Shown piece by piece: positions 1-10,955 of a stretch of 35,895 nt of DNA. The notes beneath the pieces were generated by a model that was given only the letters and a program-made list of their open reading frames with translations, ran no database searches and was not told the DNA's origin. A program made the translations under genes and the position numbers. The stretch spans positions 110,032,576-110,068,470 of the forward strand of contig NC_068981.1 in the NCBI RefSeq assembly GCF_001194135.2, in the 5' to 3' direction. Source of the stretch: Octopus bimaculoides (taxonomy: Eukaryota). How positions within the stretch are numbered: position 1 is the stretch's first letter; each line of letters begins with the position of its first letter.

Positions 1-306
1 GGGGCTTTCCCGGTCTTCATACTCTTAATTGCTTTATCTACCCTGGTACTATCAACTCGGATAGCTGGTCCCTCTATTGGGTCGACATATGGCAGGCTCT
101 CTTTCTCCCATTCATTCTCTTTATTAAGCAATCTATCGTAGTGGCATCTCCAGACCTCTTTCTTTGCATCCTCATTTAATGCAAGTGTACCATCATCCAT
201 GCGAACACATTTCTCTCCTACAACATCACTATTCTCTCTCCTACACTGTCTTGCAACACGAAATACCTCGAGCCCTACACCGTCTTGCAACACGAAATAC
301 CTCGAG
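1..306 (-). mobile_element. 5'-truncated RTE-clade LINE ORF2 fragment (endonuclease-RT linker), runs off the window edge
   Basis: Manual translation of 272->1 gives a stop-free frame LEVFRVARQCRRENSDVVGEKCVRMDDGTLALNEDAKKEVWRCHYDRLLNKENEWEKESLPYVDPIEGPAIRVDSTRVDKAIKSMKTGKAP, ending in the K.GKAPG-type motif that precedes non-LTR RT domains. It abuts (TA)n at 307. Confidence 0.85.
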
Positions 307-894
307 TATATATATATATATATATATTTGTAAATAGTAAGGGATTATACGTATATATATATATATATGTTTCATTCAGTCTTGTCCAATGATACAATAA
401 TTGTTGATATACCGCTCCACACTTGGATTTTTCTTTCAAAGCATGAAATTGTTTGGTAACATGAATTGGCTGTATTTAGACAAAGTTTATATTGCATAAA
501 TAATAATCTATAATATGTGTGTGGTATTTATATATACATGTATGACACACACACACACACATATATATATAATTAATTCAATAATAGGATAAAATCTTTT
601 ATAAGAATTTTATCAAGTAGTTAGCGTGAAAAAACTCATAAGGGAAAAAAATCTATCATTTATTCCACTAGAATATATTCATTTATATTTATATAAGGGC
701 ATTACTAAATATACATAAAGGACAAAAACTGTTTGGAGCATGAAAGCTAATTAGTATATTAACTGTTCATTGCATAACTTGTTCTTTTAATGTAAAATAG
801 ATGGATATAAACTAGTAAAATGAGAATAGAATTTAACTAATATAATATAACCAGATACAATAGTTGTATGCTCAGAGTATCCTCCTCTTCCTTC

Positions 895-2330
895 TCATCA
901 TCATCATTTAGCATCAGATGGATGGTTTGACAGGATCCAACAGGTCAGAGGACTGTGTCAAGCTCCAGTATCTGTTTTGGTCTGGTTTCTATGGCTGGAT
1001 ATGCTTCCTTTTACTCACCACATTACAGAGTGCACTACATGCTTTTTCATATTACCAGTACCACTGAGATCATCAAGTAGCTTGCAAGACAAGACCCTTG
1101 ATTGTGTGGGTTGTGGTAATGAGGGAAGTGGCTTATACCACATGTTGAGAGGCAAGAATATGATACAGGGATAGGAATAAGTGTCTTGCTGAAAATGAAA
1201 AAATAGCAGAGATGAAGTGTCAAAATATGCTCTCAAGGTACAAGAGGGTGAATGTGAGGGGGATGGGGACAGAGGAACAAGTGAGGGGGATGGGATGGAG
1301 GAACAGGTATGTTTGCAAGAGTGTGAGATTAGCAAAAGATGGTAGGGAATATAGGGATATAGATGATGTAGTGAATGGTAATCAGGAGAAGGGATCTATG
1401 GCCAATGGTGAATATTAGTTTGTGGGAAGATGAAGTAAATAGAAGTGGATCAGGGAGATAGCAATACAAAACAAGTAGGGCAGAGTGCATGGTAATAAAA
1501 CCCATATAGACAAGACATAGAAAGATGATATAAAGTGTTTGTTTAGCAAGTGGTAGGGATGCTAGGTGACAATGGCAGAAATCATATGTAGGAGTGAATA
1601 TTATATAGTGATAAACACAAGTCAATGGGTAAAATAAAATGGTGGCCATTCATGGTATGAGATGATATTACGAATGTAAGCAGTGTGACATGAGGAAGTA
1701 GCTCCAAGGAGAGAAGAAACTGACAGCACAAACATGTGGAAGATAAAATATGTGCTGCTCTCCTCTCACATAATTATAATTACAGCAGCTGAGACAATGC
1801 TGTAGTTAGAATGGTGATGGAGAAGATGGATGTATGGACAGCTTGATTAGACAAAATAATATCTTTTTACAACATCCTTTTTGCCACAATGGACGGATCA
1901 TCTCAAGCACAGTGAATAACAAGCATCTTTTAGTGACCAGCACACCTTTATGCGGCTCTCCTCATCTATAAGCACTACATGACCATACCAGCACAATTTT
2001 CTCCCTTGCACACTAATCCTGATGTTTCTTGTGCCCAGTTTTTCCTTCAATACAGTTGCACTTTGTCATAAGTGTGCATTGATGTTGCACTTCCATTGGA
2101 CACATCATACTAGCTTCATTCCTTTCTAATTTTTGCATATCATCTGCATTCATGATTCATGTTTCACAACCATGTAGCATACACAATCATCATACAATCT
2201 GCCTTTCACTCTGAGAAGAAGCCTTTTGCTACCAACAGATGTAAGAGCTCTCTGAATTTTCTTCATCCTGTTCTTATTCTAACAACTATGCTTTCAGTAG
2301 TATTGCTATTCCCCACCTCCACCTAACTTT
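895..2330 (-). mobile_element. Old RTE-clade LINE 3' remnant: RT C-terminus, 3' UTR and (ATG)n tail
   Basis: (CAT)n at 895-908. The minus strand of ~1880-2330 gives broken peptides RIRTG*RKFRELLHLL / RVKGRLYDDCV / MQKLERNEASM / KLCWYGHVV, typical of RTE ORF2 C-termini. The 3' UTR is homologous to 9941-10250. Confidence 0.75.
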
Positions 2331-4664
2331 TTGTAAAATTGAAACATATCTATTTGTTAAATGGTTTGAGAGCAAGATTCTTGTCTGCTATCCATAAATT
2401 TTCATCTTTCTTACACTAATCAAACACAAGATATCTTCTTTTTTTTTCACAAGATTTTAATTCTATATATAAAACTTTACAGCATTTATTCATGTTCACT
2501 TGACAATGATTCTTCAGGCTGCTTATTAAAAAAATTGAGCAAGAAAACAAAATAGCTTTTGCATATATAAGCTGCTTATTTAGAAGTACCAACAGGGGAA
2601 ATAGTTTCAATTTCCCAAACAGAAAAAAAAAAAAAAAAAAAAAAGGGAACACTGATTTAAAATTTGTGAAAGTACAATAAAAGCTATAACCAGAATAAAG
2701 AACTGGCCTTCCACACATAAATACCTTCCTTGTAAGGTACAAAAATTACATCTGATGACGTTCAATGAAAAATAAACTGATAGACATTGAATCAATAATG
2801 TATAATTCAATTGAAATATATTAATGACACCGCAACAGCAGCTAATAAAAAAGTCATTGAAAAAAGATATTTATTTAACCAATCCAATACTTTCTTAATA
2901 ATTCTTTTGATAGAAAAATACAAATAAAAGAATTGCAATAAAATAAAATAGAGTGATTGATTTATAAATTGGTCACTAAAATATAATGCTTTGAATTATT
3001 AAATTGAAAATTTCACTCTAATTCTCTTCAACTTTATATTTGTATGAGTTAGTTAATTGCAATTTCATGCTTGGTTTTCTATATGGATAAATTTTAGGTG
3101 AATTTGTCAAATAGTTTTCATTTTATTATTAGTTAATTATATTACTCTATGTATCCTAACTATTAAGTAACCATTGAGTTTTTTTGATATTTTTATTTCT
3201 ATTAGAGAAGGTGCTAACATTATTATTTGATGAAATGGGGAAAAGAAGGTGAGATATGCTAGAATGGATGGACAGATATTGCTAAGTGAAAACAGTAATC
3301 ATCTGAGGAAGCACTTGTAGTAGTGGCATACACAGGAAGATAGAGTGAAATTTGAGAGGAATAGAACACCAGCTGAATTTCACTAGCAAAATGATACAGG
3401 ATCAAGAGAAATGGTGACATGCAAACTGATACGATCTATGTCAACAAAAGAAACTAACAATATTGGTGACAATTGGAACAATTGTTGAAAAATATTTGTG
3501 CAGATATATAAAACATACATACACACACATAAAATTCAAGAACATGCATGCAATCATTTCTCACCACTGGAAAGGAAGCAAATATGTTCTGCATACTTGC
3601 CAAACTTTACAACATGAAGAAACAACCATTTTGTCTTCAAATTTTATATTAATAGGTTATACTTCTGTTGTGAAAGTTGAAACGCATTTACACACACACA
3701 CACTTTGAAGGTACTTATTTTGCTCACTTTGAGATAAAGCCTTTTTGATAACAATAACAAGATGATGACATTAAGTAAAGACCTTACAACCTATTATTTT
3801 GATAACAATAGCTAGTTGACAATACTATCCATATTGCAATAAGCAGTTTTCATACTGCACACACATACATACATATAAATATATATATGAAATCTTTGAA
3901 TGATAATTTCATTAGTTAGCACCTGTTCCTTTCTACAGCTCACATGTACCAAAAAACCTTGTTATTGCATGTACTTTTATAAATATAGATATAATGGACA
4001 AGGATTTATAACAAGCAATCATTAAAAAGCAGTGTGAAGAAAACAGTAAACTAAACAGTGAGGTATGACAATTTTCATAAATTTATTGAACTTCTATCAT
4101 ATACTTAGAAATTTTTTCAAATATTTGTAAAGTATTTCACTTTCAAAGGCACAAGATAAACTACAAATTACACAAGCAGGAAAAACTTTTATTCTAGAAA
4201 CCTGTAAAACAGTAAAAAAAGATAATCCTATATAAAATGCCACCTTGGTTGGCATATCCATTAAGTCAATTGATATTTAAGAATGACAGTTAGTAGTACT
4301 GCTTCAGCTAACATTTCTCAATTATTTTGCAAATTACTACTCAACATTTGAAGTCCAGTATGTAAGTTCATTCTGGTTAAATAGACTTTTCTTATGAGAG
4401 TAGTCAACTGATTACTTTGAATTGATTTACAAACCCCATACATAATTCTGGGTCAATTAGGTAATTAGTTCAGTAATTTACAATCTTCATACATTATTTT
4501 AAATCAATTATCTCATTTTTTTTTTTATTTCACCAAGCACCTAAAATGCAAAGCTGCATACAGATAAAGACTGTAGCTAAAACCAAACAGCTGCAACTTT
4601 AGATTTACCTTCAGGTTCACTATTACATATTTAATCATTTTCTTCTGATTAAATACTGAAAGCA

Positions 4665-4910
4665 ATCATCATCATCATCATTTAACATCTGTTTTCCATG
4701 GTGGGATGGGTTGGACGGCTTGAGTGGAACCAGGTTCCATAGTCTGTTTTGGCTTGGCTTTTTTTCAGCTGGATGCCCTTCCTAATGCCAGCCACTTTAC
4801 GGAGTCTACAGGGTGTTTTTTATGTGACACTATGACCAATGCTTTTTACATGGCACCAATATGGGTACTTTTCACATGACACCAACACCAATGCTTTTTA
4901 TGTGGCACCT
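4665..4910 (-). mobile_element. RTE LINE 3' end fragment with (ATG)n tail
   Basis: catcatcatcatttaacatctgttttccatg...gctggatgcccttcctaatgcc, shared with 895, 9941, 12315 and 23180. Confidence 0.75.
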
Positions 4911-4999
4911 TGATTTTAGGATATTATTTGGCTGTGATTAATCCCACTCTTTAGAGCTGGTAAATAACAAGAATAAAAATAAAAAAAGTATGAATGGAA

Positions 5000-5160
5000 A
5001 AATTCTCCAGAGGGTTGATTTTTTTTCACATTTAAATAAAATGTTGATTTTTCAGATTGGCATAAGGTCACAAATTTTTATGTAATATTACTGATTTTAT
5101 TGAACCTAGGAAGGATGGAAGTCAAAGACAACCTTAGTAGGATTTGAACAGGAAATACAT
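5000..5160 (-). mobile_element. Highly decayed SINE fragment related to 29053-29258
   Basis: aaggatggaagtcaaagacaaccttagtaggatttgaac resembles aaggatgaaaggcaaagtcgacttcggcggaatttgaac at 29207. Confidence 0.4.
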
Positions 5161-5452
5161 ATAATAGAGATGTAAGCAAATATTGCAAGTCATTAATTTT
5201 ATCATATCCTATTATCCAGTGTTCTTTTGAACCATCATCCTTGAAATATTGAACCGATTGCTTGTGAAGATAAATTCTTTTTGATGCAAAATATTTTTAT
5301 TTTATAGTGAAAGTGAAAACACTTTTTTTTGACAAACTAACATCAAATGTTGCAGTTCCATCAGAATACTAACTCTTAACTACATGAAAAAAAAACAAAA
5401 CAACCCATATGAAATATAAAATAAATATTCCATAAGCAATAACAGATTAACA

Positions 5453-5470
5453 GTGTGTGTGTGTGAGAGT

Positions 5471-5541
<71 letters not shown>

Positions 5542-5548
5542 TGTGTGT
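5453..5548. repeat. Compound (GT)n/(GA)n microsatellite
   Basis: Directly visible. Confidence 0.95.
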
Positions 5549-6177
5549 ATATGCAGGCACACATACATGTACAAGTGTCTTTTCAGAAATGGTTCACAAA
5601 CAAAAAAAGAACCTCTAAATTCTGAAAATCTAGACAAGAAATAGAGAAGCAGCTTAGCATAATCATGTCACAAACACTATGAAGTTTGAAAATGTATTCC
5701 TATGCTCCATAAGATGGAAACACATTTCTGAGAGCAAGTACAACCAACAAGAAACCAGATTAATTATTTTAAATATCAGAAGTGTTTTATATAAAGTCAT
5801 AATGATGGCTTCATTTTTCTTTTGTTTTGATTTAACAGCTGTTAAGTGGAGATGCTGCTATTTCTTGGCATATATTTTAACTGAATAAGTATACTTTAAT
5901 TTAATTCAGATATCAATAAGACAAACCAATTCATGTTTATATTAAGAATTAGTCTCTCTGCCTGTGTGTGTGAGATAGTGTCCCTAAATAGCAATGAGTG
6001 AAAAAAATAATAACAAATGGAGTTATTGAAACAATAAATTACTTGGCTGTGACCAACCCGACTCTTTTTGTGCTGGAAAATATTTGAGATGAATTGTTAA
6101 TAACATAATTTTATGGATATTAATTTTACCTTTTGAGAGTATATTTTCAATATTTATATCTACAATATGTGCAGCTA

Positions 6178-6272
6178 TGTAGTAAGAAGTTTACTTCTCA
6201 ACTACTTGATTTCAGATTTGATCATGATGTTTTTGGCAAATGTCTTCTACTATAGTCCTGGGCTGACCAAAC
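6178..6272 (+). mobile_element. Decayed SINE head/core module (module A)
   Basis: ggcaaatgtcttctactatagtcctgggctgaccaaa matches ggcaagtgtcttctactataaccttgggctgaccaaa at 23094. Confidence 0.6.
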
Positions 6273-6728
6273 CAGTGTGTGTGTGTGTGCATGCACGTAG
6301 ATGCATACATGTATGCATGTGTGTATATGTCACTGTCCACTTGTCTTGTAATGGTTGTAGAAAGCATACATATGTTCCAACAAATTCCATCCAATCAGTG
6401 CAAGTATGGAAAAGTGAACATTATGATGATGATATTTCAGTAATAGGTATTAATTTAAAAACTAAAGGCTCCTAGTCTGAAATCTAGGCTCGAGCCATGT
6501 GGAATGAAAACAGCTAATGACGTTTGGAAATTGAATTGACTGAAACATAGTGAAATATAAATGCTGTAAAAGATATAACACTTTCTAAAGATATAGCACT
6601 CTCTAAAGATGTGACAGCTTAAAATCTTAATTAGTTTTACAGTTTACGTATATGAAATAATAATATAAAAACATTTTTCATACACTATTTACAGTTGACG
6701 GATATTTGTCTTCATCTTGTTTGTTGTT

Positions 6729-6776
6729 AACACAATGTTTCGGCTGATACACCCTTCAGCCTTCATCAGGTGTCTT
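6729..6776 (-). ncRNA. Minimal type I hammerhead ribozyme motif in the PLE terminal repeat
   Basis: Minus strand: aaGACAC-CTGATGA-a-GGCTGA-agggtgta-TCAGCC-GAAA-CA-T-T-GTGTT. Stem I GACAC/GTGTT, 6-bp stem II, stem III AACATT (one transition from palindrome AACGTT). Confidence 0.72.
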
Positions 6777-6849
6777 GGGGAAATTTTGAACTTGGGTTCT
6801 CACTCCTAAGGTATTTTTTGATGTTGTTGATTATTATTATTATTATTCA

Positions 6850-6922
6850 GGTCACTGCCTGGAATCGAACTTGGAATCTTGGGGCTAGTAGCCCGTGCTC
6901 TTAACCACTACGCCATATGCCC
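6850..6922 (-). promoter_or_regulatory. 73-nt tRNA-like module with Pol III A and B boxes inside the PLE 3' repeat
   Basis: GGGCATA-TGGCGTAGTGG-TTAAG...AAGTTCGATTCC-AGGCAGTGACC. Acceptor and D stems do not pair well, so it is not a functional tRNA. Confidence 0.8.
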
Positions 6923-7620
6923 GTGGGCAATTATGGAGTGAATTTTAGGGTTCATAAATCTAATATTCTCCTATTCTTCCTTAATACCGGTTCCCATATA
7001 CTGTTCATATCTGCACTCGGTCTACTTAGGAGGTTGTTGTGTCCTAGCATATGTGCTGCTTCTTTTAGTTTTCGTATTTTCTAATAGTGTTCTCTGTCTA
7101 TTATTTTAACTTCATCTCACAGGGGAAGGTGGTCTCCATTTTTCCATACATGATCAGCTCTATATCCAATTTATCAATAGCTCCCCGGGTCACAGCTTTG
7201 CGATATTCCTCTACCCTTATTTTGAGGGGCAGTATATTTTGCCTTTGTATAACCTACAACAGCTGCATGGGATGGAGTACACGCAGTTCTTGGTCATATT
7301 CTCTTCTATTGGTGGTTTTGCTCGAAGGAGATATTTGCAAAGTGTTGTATTACTTTTGAATAGTGTCCTGATGTCATATGGGCCACATATCTTTTGTATC
7401 TTTTCAGAGAGGCCTTTCACATTGGGGACTGTGGACAGTTTATCGGTTTCATCCTTTCTTTTCTTCATAATTGGAGTGGAAAGTATGCTTTTGGGGTAGT
7501 TGTTGCTTAATAGATTGTTACTGAGCTTGATCATTTCTTCGTGGTGGGTACCACGATCACTACTTATAATCATTGCTCGATGTTTTAGGCACTGAGCAAT
7601 CCCTCTCTTTACACTGTATG

Positions 7621-8178
7621 AAAAGCACCAATAGAAGAGAATATGACCAAGAACTGTGTGTACTCCATCCCATGCAGCTGTTGTAGGTTATACAAAGGCG
7701 AAACATGCCGCACCCTCAAAATAAGGGTAGACGAACATCGCAAAGCCGTGACATGAGGAGATATTGATAAATCGGGTATAGCTGATCATGTATAGAAAAA
7801 TGAAGACCACCTCCCCCTGTGAGATGAAGTTAAAATAATAGACAGAGAACACTATTGGAAAATACGAAAACTAAAAGAAGCAGCACATATGCTAGGACAC
7901 AACAACCTCCTAAGTAGACCGAGTGCAGATATGAAGAGCATATGGGAACCGGTATTAAGGAAGAATAGGAGAATATTAGATTTATAGGCCCTAAAATTCA
8001 CTCCATAATTGCCCATGGACATATGGCGTAGTAGTTAAGAGCACAGGCTACTAATCCCAAGATTCCAAGTTCGATTCCAGGCAGTGACCTGAATAATAAT
8101 AATAATAATAACAACATCGAAAAATACCTTAGGAGTGAGAAACCAGGTTCAAAATTTTCCCAAGACACCTGATGAAGC
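7621..8178 (+). mobile_element. Penelope-like element, inverted second copy: GIY-YIG pseudogene and partial terminal repeat
   Basis: Manual translation NCVYSIPCSCCRLYKGETCRTLKIRVDEHRKAVT*GDIDKSGIADHV*...KIIDREHYWKIRKLKEAAHM...RILDL* (stop 7985-7987). Reverse complement of 6760-7319; ends inside the hammerhead core (gacacCTGATGAag). Confidence 0.88.
8017..8089 (+). promoter_or_regulatory. Second copy of the tRNA-like Pol III module
   Basis: 68/73 identical to the reverse complement of 6850-6922. Confidence 0.8.
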
Positions 8179-9089
8179 CTTTCAGAGTCACTGTTTTTCA
8201 CTTATTACTTTGGAATTAAAAGAGTGTTTTCAGACAAAGAGACTGCAGCATTCAGTTATATTGCAATACTTAAATCCCATCAGATTTGACTTTGGCTTTT
8301 ACTCCTGCAGGGTTCTAACAAAAACTCAAAGTAAAGTATTAAAGTCAATTAAATTAAATCCAGGTTTAGTCACACATCGATCAAGTTAGTAAAGTTTTAA
8401 CAGTTTTGTGACAACATAGTGTCTCCATACATTCTAATGAAAAAGTGAAAGAAAGAGATAATGCCACACTCTCTTTGGAAGAGAAATTAATTTTCTACGT
8501 ACTAAAACCCCTCATAACTTTTTTATTTTTAAGAATGTTCACAAATTTTTTTTGATTCTGCCTTCTGCATAATGGAATTAATACGATTATCCAAAAAAAA
8601 AAAAAAATAATAATAATAATGTTTTAATATTCCGCACTACTCCCTAAATTCCAAAACTTTCCACTGCTTTTTGAATTTTTTTTAATTCTTGGATTTCACA
8701 ATAGAATTAATACAATTATCGAATAAAAAATATTTTACCACACATCCCTAATCCCCAAACTTTCCACTATTGAGTCTTGCGTGTTTGTGAAAGAGAAAAA
8801 CATTTACTAACAGAAAATTAGATTATTAAAATAAATTATCTCTACAGTACCTTTAAATTATTTTGATACTTTATCTGCAATAATTTAAAGGTATGTTACA
8901 GATAGTTTATTTTCACAACATAATTCCGTTAGTAAATGACTTTCTCTTACATAAAGAGAAACAAATTACAGAATTGGCCTGTCTACATTTTAAAAACAAA
9001 AACAAAAAAAAAAATGAAAAACAGTGGAAAGTTTCAGAATTAGGGGAGTAGGGGGCGGAATATTAAAAAATCTCCTGGATAATTTGGAC

Positions 9090-9480
9090 CCCCCCCCCCC
9101 CNNNNNNNNNNNNNNTTTTTTTCTTCCTAAAAGTTCTTTGGTTTTGCCCAAAAACTACATTTTCAAAATTTTCATTTCCCTCTCCCAGCCTGAATTTAAA
9201 AATTTTTTACTTTCATGAAATTTGTTGTTTGTTTTTGTAATCCACATACAAAAATACAGAGATTAAGAATCTTGAAGACTTTTAAAAAAATTTTTCTTAA
9301 AGAAACATTCAAATCCCCTTCCCCAACCTCCACCACCTATCACCTCTCCATGTTCAAAAAGCTAAAAACTCCGAATGTTTCACTTTTAGCTTTTTAGAAA
9401 GTGGGGTAGTTTTTCCAGAAATAATGGCATTTAGCTGTTGTTTCTGGCATGTCGGGTTTTCTGGTGGTTTTTGACATCTG
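9090..9480. repeat. Unclassified dispersed repeat, related to 19850-20192 and 20454-20741
   Basis: Shared blocks aaaaatacagagatt, ttttcttaaagaaaca, ttcaaaaagctaaaa and ctgttgtttctRgcatgtYgggttttctggtggt. Confidence 0.6.
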
Positions 9481-9721
9481 CTGATTCAGTAAAAAGAAAA
9501 AAACACATCGAAAATGGGTGGTGTACACATCCTTTACCTTCGCCAGTTTCCACTATTGGTTTGTAATGAACAGCTCACATTCTTTATCTTAAAATATCAC
9601 ACCACACCAACATATGACAGTTTTTGGAAACAGTTGCTGTTTGTTTACAATATGTCGACCCACGTTTTTCTTTTGCTTTGTAGATTATATTACTACACCT
9701 CTGAAAATTAACTTTTTTTCT

Positions 9722-9930
9722 CATCTTTTACCTCTTTTTAGTCATTGGACTGAGGCCATGCTAGGACAATGTCTTGAAGGGTTTAATTGAACAAATCAAT
9801 GCCAGTGCATATTTCTAAGCCTAATTCTTATTTTATCAGTGTCTTTGCTAAATAGCTAAGTTATGGGGGATGTAAACAAACTGATACAAAACTGATGGGT
9901 GACAAACAGGGTACAAACACAAAGACACAC
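9722..9930 (-). mobile_element. SINE 3' module (module B), decayed
   Basis: tagtcattggactgaggccatgctagga...gctaagttatgggggatgtaaaca, homologous to 16578 and 18400. Confidence 0.65.
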
Positions 9931-9940
9931 ATATGTATCG

Positions 9941-10525
9941 ATCATCATCATTTAATGTCTGTTTTCCATGCTGCTATAGGTTGGCTGGTTTGACATGAGC
10001 TGGCAAAGCCAGAGAAAAGTGCCAGACAGTCATCTTTGGCATGGCTTCTATGGCTGGATGCCCTTCCTAATACTAATCACTTTACAGATTGTACTGGGTG
10101 CTTTTTAGATGGCACCAGCACGAAATCACTAAGTAACTTGCAAGACAAAGATCCCTCAACTGTGAGGGGGAGTGGTATTGAGGTAGGGAAGATGATGAGA
10201 GGTTAGAATACAACAGAAGGACAGAAACAGGTGTCTTGCTGTAGAGGAGATACATGGTTACTCCAGTGGGGGTGGAGAGAGAGAGACAGACAGACAGACA
10301 GATAACAGAGACAAAGAGAAGGAAGTGGTGATGCACCAGAGTGTACACTTAAGGCACAAGGAGGTGAATGTAAGTGGAGTGGTATAGAAGCTTGGACAGG
10401 GTGATTGAGCAGGGAGTTCAGTGGAGGGTAAAGGGGGAGGAGTGGAGAAGTGGAATGAGTGGTGAACACAGATATATAAGACAGTGGTAGGATAGCAAAG
10501 ATAGAGTGGGCAGGAGAGGAAAAGA

Positions 10526-10573
<48 letters not shown>

Positions 10574-10755
10574 TGACAAAGTGGCATGGGCTGCAGGAGA
10601 AGGGGGAGACCCAAGCATAATGTACAAAAAGGTGTAGTTTGGTTCATTGGAGCATGAGATGTGTGAATTAATGTTGTGTGAGTGGAACATACAGCACTTC
10701 CAGAACTCAGTTTCACTGAGGTGGGTGGGTCTTCTCAAGAACCTCATATCACTAA
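9941..10755 (-). mobile_element. Old RTE LINE 3' UTR remnant with (ATG)n tail and internal (GA)n
   Basis: Tail catcatcatttaatgtctgttttccatgctg; 10100-10250 aligns with 1040-1200; (GA)n at 10529-10570. Confidence 0.65.
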
Positions 10756-10776
10756 ATATTTCTGTCCATTGTCATT

Positions 10777-10816
<40 letters not shown>

Positions 10817-10817
10817 T

Positions 10818-10955
10818 AATGGATTTCTTTCAGTTTCCATGTACTAAATTCACTCACAAAGCTTTGATTAGGCTGGGTCTATTGTTGAAGACACTTGCCC
10901 AAGATGCCATGTGGTGGAATTGAAACCAATACAACATGGTTTGGAAGCAAAATAA
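10818..10955 (-). mobile_element. SINE head/core module A next to (GT)n
   Basis: ttctttcagtttcc...cactcacaaagctttg...gaagacacttgcccaagatgcca. Confidence 0.7.

Larger units (their letters stand above)
6681..7620 (-). mobile_element. Penelope-like element, 5'-truncated copy: RT C-terminal linker, GIY-YIG endonuclease pseudogene and 3' terminal repeat
   Basis: ORF 7217-7573 extended upstream reads SVKRGIAQCLKHRAMIISS...LLSNNYP...KNCVYSIPCSCCRLYKG, the PLE linker plus VY..Y.G GIY-YIG motif, with a 1-bp frameshift relative to the right copy. A tRNA-like module, (AAT)n and a hammerhead motif follow. Confidence 0.88.

Noticed and set aside
977-1649. ORFs at 977-1649
   Set aside because: They lie in the purine/pyrimidine-skewed 3' UTR of a decayed LINE and show no protein motifs.
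2751-2775. CTGATGA-cgttcaat-GAAA
   Set aside because: No stem II can form and no stem I/III partners are present; a chance match.
3200-3440. Purine-rich stretch faintly like an RTE C-terminus
   Set aside because: Too decayed to give a convincing peptide.
4609-4655. Minus-strand micro-exon candidate (tttcAG ... GTAAAT; FNQKKMIKYVIVNLK)
   Set aside because: Only 47 bp, the acceptor abuts a LINE (ATG)n tail, and there is no homology or partner exon.
5376-5644. ERERER/SLSLSL ORFs, and the similar YIYI, CVCV, KKKK and IIII ORFs elsewhere
   Set aside because: Translations of microsatellites.
6850-6922. Functional tRNA gene
   Set aside because: Acceptor and D stems do not pair and the anticodon position reads ACT; treated as a tRNA-derived module instead.
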